Part shown: in pieces, positions 49,886 through 59,205 of the stretch
How positions within the stretch are numbered: the first letter of the stretch is position 1
How the letters are laid out: each line of letters starts with the position of its first letter
DNA from: Alphaproteobacteria bacterium
GTDB taxonomy: Bacteria; Pseudomonadota; Alphaproteobacteria; JAUHZC01
Assembly (NCBI GenBank): GCA_030425805.1
Contig: JAUHZC010000002.1
Span: 20,448-84,447 of the forward strand
Direction: 5' to 3'
Length of the DNA: 64,000 bases
Position numbers and translations under genes: made by a program
The notes under the pieces: generated by a model
Told to the model about the DNA's origin: nothing
The model's input: the letters and a program-made list of their open reading frames with translations, nothing else
The model's database searches: none

Positions 49886-50857
49886 ATGAAAACACTCCCA
49901 CTCTTTTTTCATCCGACAACACAAATTATTGTTGATGATGATGTGCCTTTTCTCCAAGCAGCGTGGGAGCTTTTGGGGGATTGCTTCCCTCTCCTCCTCT
50001 TTGATTATGAGCCTGAAGAAGCTATCCGCAAGGTTTGCAAATCCTATGCCGCTTCTCCCTTACAATACTTAGCAGAGGATAACACGAACCTCCTCTCCAA
50101 AGCTGTAGGCGCAAAATACATTAATTTTGATCGGATTTTTGCCTTGCTAAAAGATCCTCACCGGTTTGATGTGATTTCCGTTGTGGTAACCGATTACAAT
50201 ATGCCTCGTATGAACGGGCTGGAGATGCTCTCTCACTTTCCAGATTCTGGGCTGCAGCGTGTTGTGCTTACGGGGAATGCAGATGAGCAGCTTGCTGTAA
50301 AATCTTTTAACGACCGACGGATTGAAAAATTCATCACCAAATCCCCCACAGCCGGAGAAGAAATCGCAAAAACCCTCCTAGAGGGAGAGGTCATGTTCTT
50401 TAAGAATGCCTACCAATCTCTCGTTCCTTTCTTTGATCAAAATGCTATCCGGAACGATACTTACATCGCCCTTTGCCGAAAGCTTATGGAAGAGAACAGC
50501 TACATTGAACATTATACTGTTTCTCCTCTTGGGAGCCGTCTCTTTGTGGACAAAGATGGAAATTGCACCTTCCTTGGCATCCATAACACCCAAGAACTTG
50601 ATCAAATCTACGAGTGGGTCAAAGACAATTATCCTACGTTTTCAAAAATGAAAGACTTGGAAGAAAAAAATCTTGGTCTCTGTCTTTGGGGCGTCAAAGA
50701 GGCCATTTCAGAGAAAGCTCTAGAAGACCATGTTCACCCCATCTATCGACTTGATGATGGGGATCTTTATGTGATCCAGGTTGATCAGCCCATTCCAAAG
50801 GAAGATATTTCCCCCCTTCAGCAATACCTCGATCAGCAAGAATCACGCATGCCCTAA
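49886..50857 (+). CDS. Response regulator with extended receiver domain (LqsR-like)
   Basis: IVDDD, PHRFDVISVVVTDYNMPRMNGLE, LTGNADEQLAVKSFN, KFITK; non-HTH C-terminus. Confidence 0.8.
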   Translation: MKTLPLFFHPTTQIIVDDDVPFLQAAWELLGDCFPLLLFDYEPEEAIRKVCKSYAASPLQYLAEDNTNLLSKAVGAKYINFDRIFALLKDPHRFDVISVVVTDYNMPRMNGLEMLSHFPDSGLQRVVLTGNADEQLAVKSFNDRRIEKFITKSPTAGEEIAKTLLEGEVMFFKNAYQSLVPFFDQNAIRNDTYIALCRKLMEENSYIEHYTVSPLGSRLFVDKDGNCTFLGIHNTQELDQIYEWVKDNYPTFSKMKDLEEKNLGLCLWGVKEAISEKALEDHVHPIYRLDDGDLYVIQVDQPIPKEDISPLQQYLDQQESRMP

Positions 50858-51460
50858 GAAAAGGGAGAGTTTTTCTGGGTCAATCCCAGATTTCTCTAGT
50901 GCTTTTGTCCAAATTTTTGCTGTAGGCGTTTCAAAGACAAGCTCAATCGTTGCATCTACCTGAATCCAGCTACTGGTTTGGAGTTCATCCTCAAGCTGTC
51001 CTGCGCTCCACCCTGCGTATCCCAAGGCAAGGAAGCGTTTCTCAGGCTCATCGCTTTGTGCCATTTTCTTCAAAACTTCTGCATTTGCAGTGAGGGAAAT
51101 TTCATCCGTCACATGCACTGTACTCTCATGCATGTAATCTTTTGAATGAATTGCGAAACCCCGCCCCATTTCAATAGGCCCACCATAATGCACAGGGCGA
51201 TCTTCCATGGTTTCCCGCATCGCAATATCAAGCTGATCAAGGACCTGCATCAGCGTTAGGTTATCTACAAGCTTATTAATTATGATGCCCATTGCCCCTT
51301 GGTCGTCATGCCCACACAACAAAACCACAGCGTGCTCAAAACGAGGGTCATTCATAGCAGGCGTTGCAACCAACAGTTGCCCCGCATAGGAAGGATACTC
51401 CTGTCCCTTTTCGTCGATGACCTTTTCTGGAATTTTTGTTTTCTTTGGTTTGTTTGCCAT
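50843..51460 (-). CDS. YqgE/AlgH family protein
   Basis: GQLLVATPAMNDPRF, GAMGIIINK, GGP, LGYAGWSAGQLE. Confidence 0.95.
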   Translation of the reverse strand: MANKPKKTKIPEKVIDEKGQEYPSYAGQLLVATPAMNDPRFEHAVVLLCGHDDQGAMGIIINKLVDNLTLMQVLDQLDIAMRETMEDRPVHYGGPIEMGRGFAIHSKDYMHESTVHVTDEISLTANAEVLKKMAQSDEPEKRFLALGYAGWSAGQLEDELQTSSWIQVDATIELVFETPTAKIWTKALEKSGIDPEKLSLFLGHA

Positions 51461-51599
51461 ATGATCTCCCATACCTTTAGTTTAGGAGGAATCCAGGCTC
51501 AGGTCTAGGGGGCATTCCCTCCTTTTATGCAGGCCTGCATAAAAAGGAGGATTGAATTTTGCATCTTACTTTAAATTTGGACGGTTTGAGAAAATCAAC

Positions 51600-53399
51600 C
51601 TAACTGACAGAAAATCTCCCTGTATCAAATCCAGAGGTTTGGAGCCACTGAGCTATAATATCTGCTTGTGCTGAATACATTTTTTTTTCACTTAAGCCGT
51701 GAGAAGGGTGACAGGTTAAAATTCGACGTCGCTTCCCATCATCACCGGGCGCAACAACAGAAACGGAGCCACCTGCTGACACAAGTCTCCCTTCCATAAG
51801 CCTTGCAAACCTGGTGAGGGCAGCCTCCGCCTTAGCCCATGATGTGCGATGTACAGTCTGAGGCTCATTCACGCACATTCCAAAAAAGGGAGCAACTGTT
51901 CTATCAGTATAAACATTCTCTTGACGCTTTTCCCAAGAAGGAAGTGCTGCTGCTGCTGATGATGATGCTCCATCCGGTAATTCTGGAAGCGCAGCAGGTG
52001 GGACCATTAACCAATAAAGGAGCAAAGTCTTTGTTTTCAGAATTTCTTCTCTAGCTGCCCTTCTCTCATCCTGGGCTGTTGATGCAGCAGCTGCTGAGAA
52101 AGAGGAGCTTGACGCTTCTGGGGAAGAAGAGCTTGCTGCTGCAGCAGCGGAACTTGCTGGTGCTGAAGCCTTCTTTTTTTTCTTTTTCCTCTTGCCCCTA
52201 CCTATTGACGCTTCTTCAGCCGCAAGCAATTTAAGGAGTGCCGCTTCAGCTTCTGCTCGGGCAGCAATCTCCGCGGCAGTTTCTGCCCGTGGAGCAGCAG
52301 CAGAACTCTTTTTTGCACCTCTTTGAAGCAATTTTAAGAATCGCACACGACTGGATCCTGCACGTTTTAGTGATGCGTCACCTCCCCAACCACAAAACAC
52401 TGTAAGCCCATCACCAGAATCCCAAAAAATTGGCCCCCCCCTTACTTCCAAAGTATGCCTCTCAGCTGCTAGGATCTTTGAGATTTCACAGATTCCAAAT
52501 GTCGCCTCTGCCGTGAGCCACGCATCATGAAAATACTTAAAATAGTTTCGACAAAAACTGCCCCTATCGCCACTTTCTCTAGACATGAGTAGAACTTGGC
52601 CTACGCCTGTCATAATAACGAATTGAGGACCCTCTCGAGATGCAACGATGTCATCAAGGCCTCTTTCTTTTTCTAAGGGCCCTACTGTGACTGCATCAAC
52701 AACAGCACGATCTTCAGGGCCCATTTTCTCTAAACAAATAGCAGCAAGAGCCGCAGCTTGCTCCCCTAAATCTCTTTGGTCTCCCACAAAAAGTTCACCT
52801 GAAACCCCTCCTGGGAAAAGTTCTTCACCTCTCGTGGATGATGCCTCTAAATATAGGGACACAGTATTCAAAACATTATATATGATTAACAGATTCGTTT
52901 CTTTAGCCACTACATTGCGGAACAGCTCACTAAAGAACATCACCATGACATGAGCACGGAATTGATACTCAATAAAAGCCAAAGTTTCCCTTAAAGCCCT
53001 ACCGCTTAGAAAAGCTGTGGAAAAAGCCTCAGAAAACTGAGCGCGGGCTTTATCGTAAGAAAGCTTTCCTGAACTTTCTGCTGCAAACATTATATCATTT
53101 CTTGCTTTAAATTCTCTCAGCTGTGTGACTTCCTTATGTGCTCCTGCTTCTTCCATTTTACTCAAGACATGAGAATACAAACCAGGGATACACTCCCATG
53201 TTCTCTGAAAATGATTACAGGCAGCAATTGCAAAAATGCTCACATCTTCTTTAAATTCTCTCACCTGCGCCAGAACTTCTTCAGGAGAAACAGCATGAGG
53301 TGCTCCAGCCCAACCTTCTTCAGCTTCAGCTGCGGCATACCCTTGGTTTGCACATGCAACAAAAAGGATAGAAATAAAAACTAGAAATATTTTTCTCAT
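51600..53399 (-). CDS. Orphan exported protein with poly-Lys NLS-like segment and C-terminal HicA-like domain
   Basis: Signal ending QGYAA; GRGKRKKKKKK; C-terminal SW..GGSV..CHPSH..IIAQWL..SG. Confidence 0.7.
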   Translation of the reverse strand: MRKIFLVFISILFVACANQGYAAAEAEEGWAGAPHAVSPEEVLAQVREFKEDVSIFAIAACNHFQRTWECIPGLYSHVLSKMEEAGAHKEVTQLREFKARNDIMFAAESSGKLSYDKARAQFSEAFSTAFLSGRALRETLAFIEYQFRAHVMVMFFSELFRNVVAKETNLLIIYNVLNTVSLYLEASSTRGEELFPGGVSGELFVGDQRDLGEQAAALAAICLEKMGPEDRAVVDAVTVGPLEKERGLDDIVASREGPQFVIMTGVGQVLLMSRESGDRGSFCRNYFKYFHDAWLTAEATFGICEISKILAAERHTLEVRGGPIFWDSGDGLTVFCGWGGDASLKRAGSSRVRFLKLLQRGAKKSSAAAPRAETAAEIAARAEAEAALLKLLAAEEASIGRGKRKKKKKKASAPASSAAAAASSSSPEASSSSFSAAAASTAQDERRAAREEILKTKTLLLYWLMVPPAALPELPDGASSSAAAALPSWEKRQENVYTDRTVAPFFGMCVNEPQTVHRTSWAKAEAALTRFARLMEGRLVSAGGSVSVVAPGDDGKRRRILTCHPSHGLSEKKMYSAQADIIAQWLQTSGFDTGRFSVS

Positions 53400-53468
53400 T
53401 TGACAAAAAACCATATTTTCAAAAAAAATATCAAGCCAAAAACAAAAAATCAACAAATAATAATTTTT

Positions 53469-53918
53469 TTATCTATTCAAAAAATGAAAAATATTATCAA
53501 TATAGTTATTATTTTCTTTCAGAAATACTTCAAAAAAATGTCGATCAGCTTGTTCAACTTGAGGAACAATTTTTTTAAGCAGATCTGCTCCCGCAGGAGT
53601 GACTGCTATGCTCTTTGCACGAGGGTCTGATACACAAGGGTGCATCTTTAAATACCCCTTTTGGGACAAGGCCCGTGTGGCTTGAGATACCAGCATCTTA
53701 TCCATTTTTGATTTTTGGGTGAGCCACGCCTGATAGACTTTATACTGATTCTCCTGAGCCCAAAGAGAAAGTGCAAGCACAACAAACTGCCCATGAGAGA
53801 GATCATAGGGCTTTAAAACCTTTTTAATTTGGCGCTGCCAGAGAGTGGAGAGCTGCCACAAACAAAAGCCTGGACTCTGCTCTGGCTGTTTAAATCCAAA
53901 AGGGGTTTCGGTTTGCAT
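53469..53918 (-). CDS. MarR family transcriptional regulator
   Basis: SPGFCLWQL, LSHGQFVVL, VSQATRAL, DPRAKSIAVT. Confidence 0.9.
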   Translation of the reverse strand: MQTETPFGFKQPEQSPGFCLWQLSTLWQRQIKKVLKPYDLSHGQFVVLALSLWAQENQYKVYQAWLTQKSKMDKMLVSQATRALSQKGYLKMHPCVSDPRAKSIAVTPAGADLLKKIVPQVEQADRHFFEVFLKENNNYIDNIFHFLNR

Positions 53919-54341
53919 TTATCCTCTCTTTCTCGCAAGGGCAACAAGATTATCTGTCTGTTCAGGAAGGGTTTTCACAATGCCCCGCCCCACAATTAGA
54001 TACCATATAAAAGCCAGTGGTCCTGTCAATGCAATCTGAATTTCAAGGCAGACACTTCCGTCCTGCTCTTTGATAAAATGGCTCCCTCGAAGTGTTGCAC
54101 CGAAGAAGCGGCATTCATCCACATATGTGCGATGAGGCTCAACCTCCACAAGGGTTAGCTCAACTTCAGGCGCTCCTTCCGGCTTCAGCATAATATGGCT
54201 TCCAGCAGCAAAAGGGCCGTTGAGCTTTGCAGCCTCAATATCTGGATCCCAAGTATGCCACTGACTGACATCTTGCCATACCTGCCAGATCTGCTTTGCC
54301 GTAACGCCCTCATAAGCTTTTTCAAAAGACCGAAATATCAT
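53919..54341 (-). CDS. SRPBCC / polyketide cyclase-like protein
   Basis: IWQVWQDVSQWHTWDPDI..GPFAAGS; adjacent to the MarR gene. Confidence 0.8.
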   Translation of the reverse strand: MIFRSFEKAYEGVTAKQIWQVWQDVSQWHTWDPDIEAAKLNGPFAAGSHIMLKPEGAPEVELTLVEVEPHRTYVDECRFFGATLRGSHFIKEQDGSVCLEIQIALTGPLAFIWYLIVGRGIVKTLPEQTDNLVALARKRG

Positions 54342-54663
54342 TCTTTTTCCCTTTTGGTAAATTTGTATATTATATATAATATTACCATTTTAAGAGATCA
54401 AGAAAAAAGAGACATCAGCAGAGGTTGAATCAAGTCCGGGATTTTGAGGTCGCAAATTCTTTCAAGTGCTCTCCGCCTCAGAATTCTCCGTGTGGCAAGC
54501 TTTTAAGGACTTTTTTCAAGTTCCCACAAGCATAACCCCGTTTACTCTTTTATTCATCTTCGGTATATTCATCAAAAATAGATGAATGCACTTATTTCTA
54601 GCAAAAGTGAGAAAGGTGTGTTAAATCTTGTTTCGATATTAAAACGAATAGGAACTTTTTGAT

Positions 54664-54906
54664 ATGAGTGATATTGCGAATCGCGTAAAGAAAATCGTTG
54701 CTGAACACCTCAGCATTGAAGAAGACAAAGTTGTTGCTTCTGCAAACTTCTCCGAAGATCTTGGCGCAGACAGCCTCGACACTGTTGAGCTTGTAATGGC
54801 TTTTGAAGAAGAATTTGGCGTTGATATTCCTGATGATGCTGCTGAGAAGATCCTCACAGTTCAGGATGCTGTTGACTTTTTGTCTGAGCAAAGCAAAGCT
54901 GCCTAA
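54664..54906 (+). CDS. acpP: Acyl carrier protein
   Basis: [20 protein letters not shown]. Confidence 0.99.
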   Translation: MSDIANRVKKIVAEHLSIEEDKVVASANFSEDLGADSLDTVELVMAFEEEFGVDIPDDAAEKILTVQDAVDFLSEQSKAA

Positions 54907-54914
54907 GGTTGTAA

Positions 54915-56180
54915 ATGTTACGCCGGGTTGTCGTTACGGGGCTAGGAGCCGTCTCTCCTTTAGGGGGTAATCTCAAGACAACTTGGGATCGCCTAATTTC
55001 TGGTCATTCTGGAATTGGAAAAGTTCAGCGGTGCGACACCACTGACCTTCCCGTCTCTATCGGCGGAGAGGTTCCCATGGGCGAAGAGCCTGGCCAGCTT
55101 AATGTTGACGACTACCTTTCTGGTAAAGAACAGCGCAAGGTGGATACCTTTATTCACTTTGCTATTGCCGCCTCAGACCAAGCTCTTGCTGACTCTGGCT
55201 ACAAGGCTGAAACTGAAGAACAGCAAGACCGTTCCGGCGTTATGGTCGGTTCTGGTATTGGCGGCCTTCCTGGCATTTATGATGCTTCTATTACATTAAA
55301 AGAACGGGGTGCCCGTCGGGTAAGCCCGTTTTTCATTCCTTCTACGCTCGTAAACTTAGCTTCCGGAAACATTAGTATCCGCAATCAGTTTCGTGGCCCT
55401 AACCACGCAACTGTAACGGCTTGTTCTGCGGGTGCCCATGCGATTGGAGATGCGGCCCGCATGATTGCTTTTGGAGATGCGGATGTGATGCTTGCAGGTG
55501 GTGCTGAAAGTGCCATTTGCCCGATCGGGATTGCGGGATTCGCAGCGGCAAGGGCCCTCTCTACACGCAATGACGAGCCTGAAAAAGCCTCCCGCCCTTG
55601 GGATATTCATCGGGATGGCTTTGTCATGGGTGAAGGATCCGGCGTTATGGTCCTTGAAGACCTAGAGCACGCAAAAAAGCGTGGCGCTAAGATCTATGCA
55701 GAGGTCGTAGGCTACGGCCTTTCTGGAGATGCCCATCACGTCACATCCCCACCAGATGACGCACATGGTGCCTATCGGGCGATGAAAATGGCCAGAGAAC
55801 GGGCTGGTCTTAACCCTGAAGACATTGATTATATCAATGCCCACGGAACATCTACTCCCGCTGGAGATCTTGGAGAACTTCGGGCGATCAAGCGTTTCCT
55901 TGACGGTAAGACTGACCATGTTTCCATTTCCTCCACAAAGTCTGCAATTGGCCATCTTTTGGGAGCTGCGGGTGGCATAGAGGCTGTCTTCTCCGTGAAG
56001 GCAATTGAGAACCAGATTGCTCCGCCAACTTTGAATTTGGATGAGCCTGAGCCTGAATCTGAAGGAATTGATCTTGTGCCTCACAAGGCGAAAGAGCGTA
56101 AGATCACCTATGCAATGTCAAATTCTTTTGGGTTTGGCGGCACAAACAGCAGCCTTATTTTCAAAAAATTTGAGAGCTAA
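54915..56180 (+). CDS. fabF: Beta-ketoacyl-ACP synthase II
   Basis: RRVVVTGLG, TACSAG, INAHGTST, KSAIGHLLGAAG, SNSFGFGG. Confidence 0.97.
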   Translation: MLRRVVVTGLGAVSPLGGNLKTTWDRLISGHSGIGKVQRCDTTDLPVSIGGEVPMGEEPGQLNVDDYLSGKEQRKVDTFIHFAIAASDQALADSGYKAETEEQQDRSGVMVGSGIGGLPGIYDASITLKERGARRVSPFFIPSTLVNLASGNISIRNQFRGPNHATVTACSAGAHAIGDAARMIAFGDADVMLAGGAESAICPIGIAGFAAARALSTRNDEPEKASRPWDIHRDGFVMGEGSGVMVLEDLEHAKKRGAKIYAEVVGYGLSGDAHHVTSPPDDAHGAYRAMKMARERAGLNPEDIDYINAHGTSTPAGDLGELRAIKRFLDGKTDHVSISSTKSAIGHLLGAAGGIEAVFSVKAIENQIAPPTLNLDEPEPESEGIDLVPHKAKERKITYAMSNSFGFGGTNSSLIFKKFES

Positions 56181-56185
56181 AGATC

Positions 56186-57190
56186 GTGTTACGGATCCTC
56201 TCTTTTATAGCGCTTCTCACTTTGGGAGGCGCTTTTTTTTGGTCTTATACCTATGTGAGAGAGAACCAAACAGCACCTCTACAGATTAAAGAACCACAAT
56301 TTTTCACAATCAATAAGGGAGAGGCTGCTCTCCAGGTCCTCAAAAGGCTTCATGACGGCAACACCATCCAAATGCCCCTCCTCCTCTTTAAGTTTCTTGC
56401 GAAGCTTTCCCCTGAAACCTACCATTTTCAGGCGGGTGAGTATGAGCTTTTACCCGGCGAAACCCTCGAGACTCTTTTTGCAAAGTTTAGAACAGGAGAG
56501 CACATTCTCTACCCTCTCACGGTCCCAGAAGGTTTACTCACTGCAGACATCGTAGAATTAATTGCAAAAGCTGACTTTTTGGAAGGGGAACTTCCAGAGG
56601 CTGAGATCACAAAAGAGACCTTACTCCTCCCTGAGACCTATCACTTTGCCCGGGGCACCTCTCGAAGAGCTGTGTTTAAGCGTATGGAAAAAGCCTGCCA
56701 TACATTGCTTGAAAAGCTTTGGGAAACACGCCCCAAAGATCACTTCCTCAAGACAAAAGAAGATCTTCTGATTTTTGCTTCTATTGTGGAAAAAGAATCG
56801 AAACTTGATGGAGAACGCCCCCTAATTGCCAGTGTTTTCCTCAATCGCCTTGAAAAAGGCATGCCCCTACAGGCTGATTCGACCCTCTCTTACGGTTTCT
56901 ATCTCTCTGAAGGACGGCAGATCAATCAAGGCCTCAGCCGTGAAGATCTTAAAACCCCCTCGCCGTACAATACTTACCTCAACACAGGTTTACCACCTGC
57001 AGCCATTTGCCATCCTGGGCGGGCAAGCCTAGAGGCCTCTCTAACCCCTGAAAAGACTGATTACCTCTACTTTGTTGCTGATGGCACAGGAGGTCATGTC
57101 TTTGCCAAGGATTACCTCACCCACAAACGCAACCACCAGAAATGGCGCAAAATCCGAGCAGAGATTAAAAAAGCTCAAGCAAAGAAGTAA
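56186..57190 (+). CDS. mltG: Endolytic transglycosylase MltG
   Basis: TVPEG, LPETY, ASIVEKE, NRL..GMPLQAD, SPYNTY, YLYFVADG. Confidence 0.95.
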   Translation: MLRILSFIALLTLGGAFFWSYTYVRENQTAPLQIKEPQFFTINKGEAALQVLKRLHDGNTIQMPLLLFKFLAKLSPETYHFQAGEYELLPGETLETLFAKFRTGEHILYPLTVPEGLLTADIVELIAKADFLEGELPEAEITKETLLLPETYHFARGTSRRAVFKRMEKACHTLLEKLWETRPKDHFLKTKEDLLIFASIVEKESKLDGERPLIASVFLNRLEKGMPLQADSTLSYGFYLSEGRQINQGLSREDLKTPSPYNTYLNTGLPPAAICHPGRASLEASLTPEKTDYLYFVADGTGGHVFAKDYLTHKRNHQKWRKIRAEIKKAQAKK

Positions 57191-57202
57191 ATAACCTTTA
57201 CA

Positions 57203-57650
57203 ATTGTGAGCCCTGAAAGGGCGTGGTGATCCATAAGATACTTGGATTCCGGGTCGGGGCCCGGAATGACGACGCAGTCTTATGAAGGTCACTCTGGACC
57301 CTCACACTAAAGTCACCCCGGACTTGATCCGGGGTCCATGGATTGCAGCAATGCTGGGCTCCTCGCAATTGTGACTTTCTGAATGGGAAGAGAGATCGAA
57401 ATTCCAGCGAAGGCTGGAATCCAGGACTCTTTTCTCCTCTGCGAAGGCAGGGACTTTTTTTCCTGGACCCCGGATCAAGTCCTGGGGTTTCGAGGGGAGG
57501 TCCTGGGGGTTTTGGGGAGAATGCTGGGGTTTTGTCTTTCTTCGTCACATATTTCAGACTTACAATCGCGAAGTCCGGAGGCCTGTGGCGATCCATAAGA
57601 TGCTTGGATTTCGGGTCAAGCCCGGAATCACCTCTTTAGTGCCCGGAATG
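57203..57650. repeat. Largest cluster of nested REP/RPE-like palindromic repeats
   Basis: Full composite element 57203-57369 plus ATTCCAGCGAAGGCTGGAATCC, GACCCCGGATCAAGTCC and a second partial element. Confidence 0.88.
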
Positions 57651-57818
57651 GCCACTTTTGCTATATGGAGAATCGAAATTTCGGAATCAAATGAAGATCC
57701 CTGGGGAATGACACTTTGGTTTGATCCTCTGGAAGAGATGATGTAAAGAATATCTGAAGAAGGAGTGACTTTTCCTCCCCCTTCAGATCGCGTATAGTAG
57801 CTTTTTTTTAGTTAAGGA

Positions 57819-58778
57819 ATGACAGTGGAAATTCTCACACAGCCTGCAATTCTTTTCTTTATTCTTGGATTTGTTACAAAAATCCTAGGTTCAGAAATTC
57901 ATGTACCTGGATTAGACCGGCTACTTTCCCTCCACCTTCTCCTTACCATTGGCTTGAAGGCTGGTCTCGCCCTTGCTTGTTGCGAGTCTCTTTCCGGTGT
58001 TCTCATCGCCCTTGGCCTTGGGATACTCTGCAGCTTCAGTTTTCCTTTTCTTTCTTTTAGGGCCTTGGGAACCTTCACAAAACTCCCTGGTCCCAAGCGG
58101 GCAGTGCTTGCCAGCCATTATGGCTCTATCAGTATTGTGACCTTTGTCACTTGCCAACAATTCTTAGCACGAGAGAGCATTCCCTTTGATGCTTCCCTCT
58201 TAGTTGTAGCCGGCGTGATGGAGGCTCCAGCGATCCTCTCAGGCCTGATCCTTTTCCGTAGCACCCAAGGAAAGGATTCAACCCTTCACGCAGATCAGAT
58301 TCCATGGCGGGAAATTTTCTTTCATAGCAGTATCACCCTCATTTTAGGAGGTCTGGCGATTGCCTTCTTCCTCACTGAGAGTGCTAAGGCAGATCTTGTT
58401 CCTTTCTTCCAAGGAGCTTTTCCAGGAGTTCTCAGTATTTATATGCTTCTCATGGGGATGAAGGTTGCAAGCTACTTCTTACAAATCGAGATGAAAAAGC
58501 TCCTCCCCTTGCTCGTTTTTGGTATTGCAACACCCTTGGTCCAAGGCAGTATTGGTGTAACCCTGGGCACCTTCTGTGGCCTTGGTGTTGGAGGAGCTGT
58601 TCTCTTTGGAACTCTTTGCGCCAGCGCTTCCTACATCGCTGTTCCTGCAGCCTTTTCCATGATTGCAGGGGATAAAGAAGTAGCCTACGCCATGAAAGGC
58701 TCCCTTGGGGTAACCTTCCCCTTTAATGTTCTTTTCGGAATTAGCCTCTACCTTTGGCTAGCCCAGGCTCTTCACTAA
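57819..58778 (+). CDS. Sodium-dependent bicarbonate transport family permease (SbtA/DUF897-like)
   Basis: PAILFF, LLLTIGLKAG, HYGSISIVTF, MEAPAI, ASASYIAVPAA, SLGVTFPFNV. Confidence 0.88.
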   Translation: MTVEILTQPAILFFILGFVTKILGSEIHVPGLDRLLSLHLLLTIGLKAGLALACCESLSGVLIALGLGILCSFSFPFLSFRALGTFTKLPGPKRAVLASHYGSISIVTFVTCQQFLARESIPFDASLLVVAGVMEAPAILSGLILFRSTQGKDSTLHADQIPWREIFFHSSITLILGGLAIAFFLTESAKADLVPFFQGAFPGVLSIYMLLMGMKVASYFLQIEMKKLLPLLVFGIATPLVQGSIGVTLGTFCGLGVGGAVLFGTLCASASYIAVPAAFSMIAGDKEVAYAMKGSLGVTFPFNVLFGISLYLWLAQALH

Positions 58779-58825
58779 AAATACAGGTTGAAGGAGAGCG
58801 TGGTCTCGTGTAAAAAGAATCCATC

Positions 58826-58900
<75 letters not shown>

Positions 58901-58922
58901 TTTTCCCTATACTTTCTCTATC

Positions 58923-58984
58923 GTCATCGCGAGCCCTCTCCATTCTCTATCGTCATCGTGAGCCCGAAGGGCGTGGCGATCCAC
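58923..58984. repeat. Stuttered left arm of the REP/RPE-like element between two tRNAs
   Basis: GTCATCGCGAGCCCTC..TTCTCTAT.GTCATCGTGAGCCCGAAGGGCGTGGCGATCC, as at 18050 and 23571. Confidence 0.8.
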
Positions 58985-59052
58985 ATTTTACCATAACTAA
59001 CCCAAGGAAAATGGCGGAGAGAAAGATTGTGCCCTTTCAAAATTTTTGAAAA

Positions 59053-59141
59053 TGGCGGAGAGAGAGGGATTCGAACCCTCGGTACGCAGAGCGCACAACG
59101 GTTTTCGAGACCGCCCCGTTCGACCACTCCGGCATCTCTCC
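59053..59141 (-). tRNA. tRNA-Ser (anticodon CGA)
   Basis: Reverse complement GGAGAGATGCCGGAGTGGTCGAACGGGGCGGTCTCGAAAACCG...GGTTCGAATCCCTCTCTCTCCGCCA. Confidence 0.97.
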
Positions 59142-59205
59142 AATCTCTTTTCTTAAACGTTTCCCCCCCAAATTTCAATCCTTCAAGCACATAGTTTCCA
59201 TATTC

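Noticed and set aside
57198..57639. ORFs 57198..57596, 57343..57639 and 57383..57598
   Set aside because: They lie within the repeat cluster and show no protein-like features
58924..59190. 88-aa ORF
   Set aside because: Spans tRNA-Ser and a repeat arm
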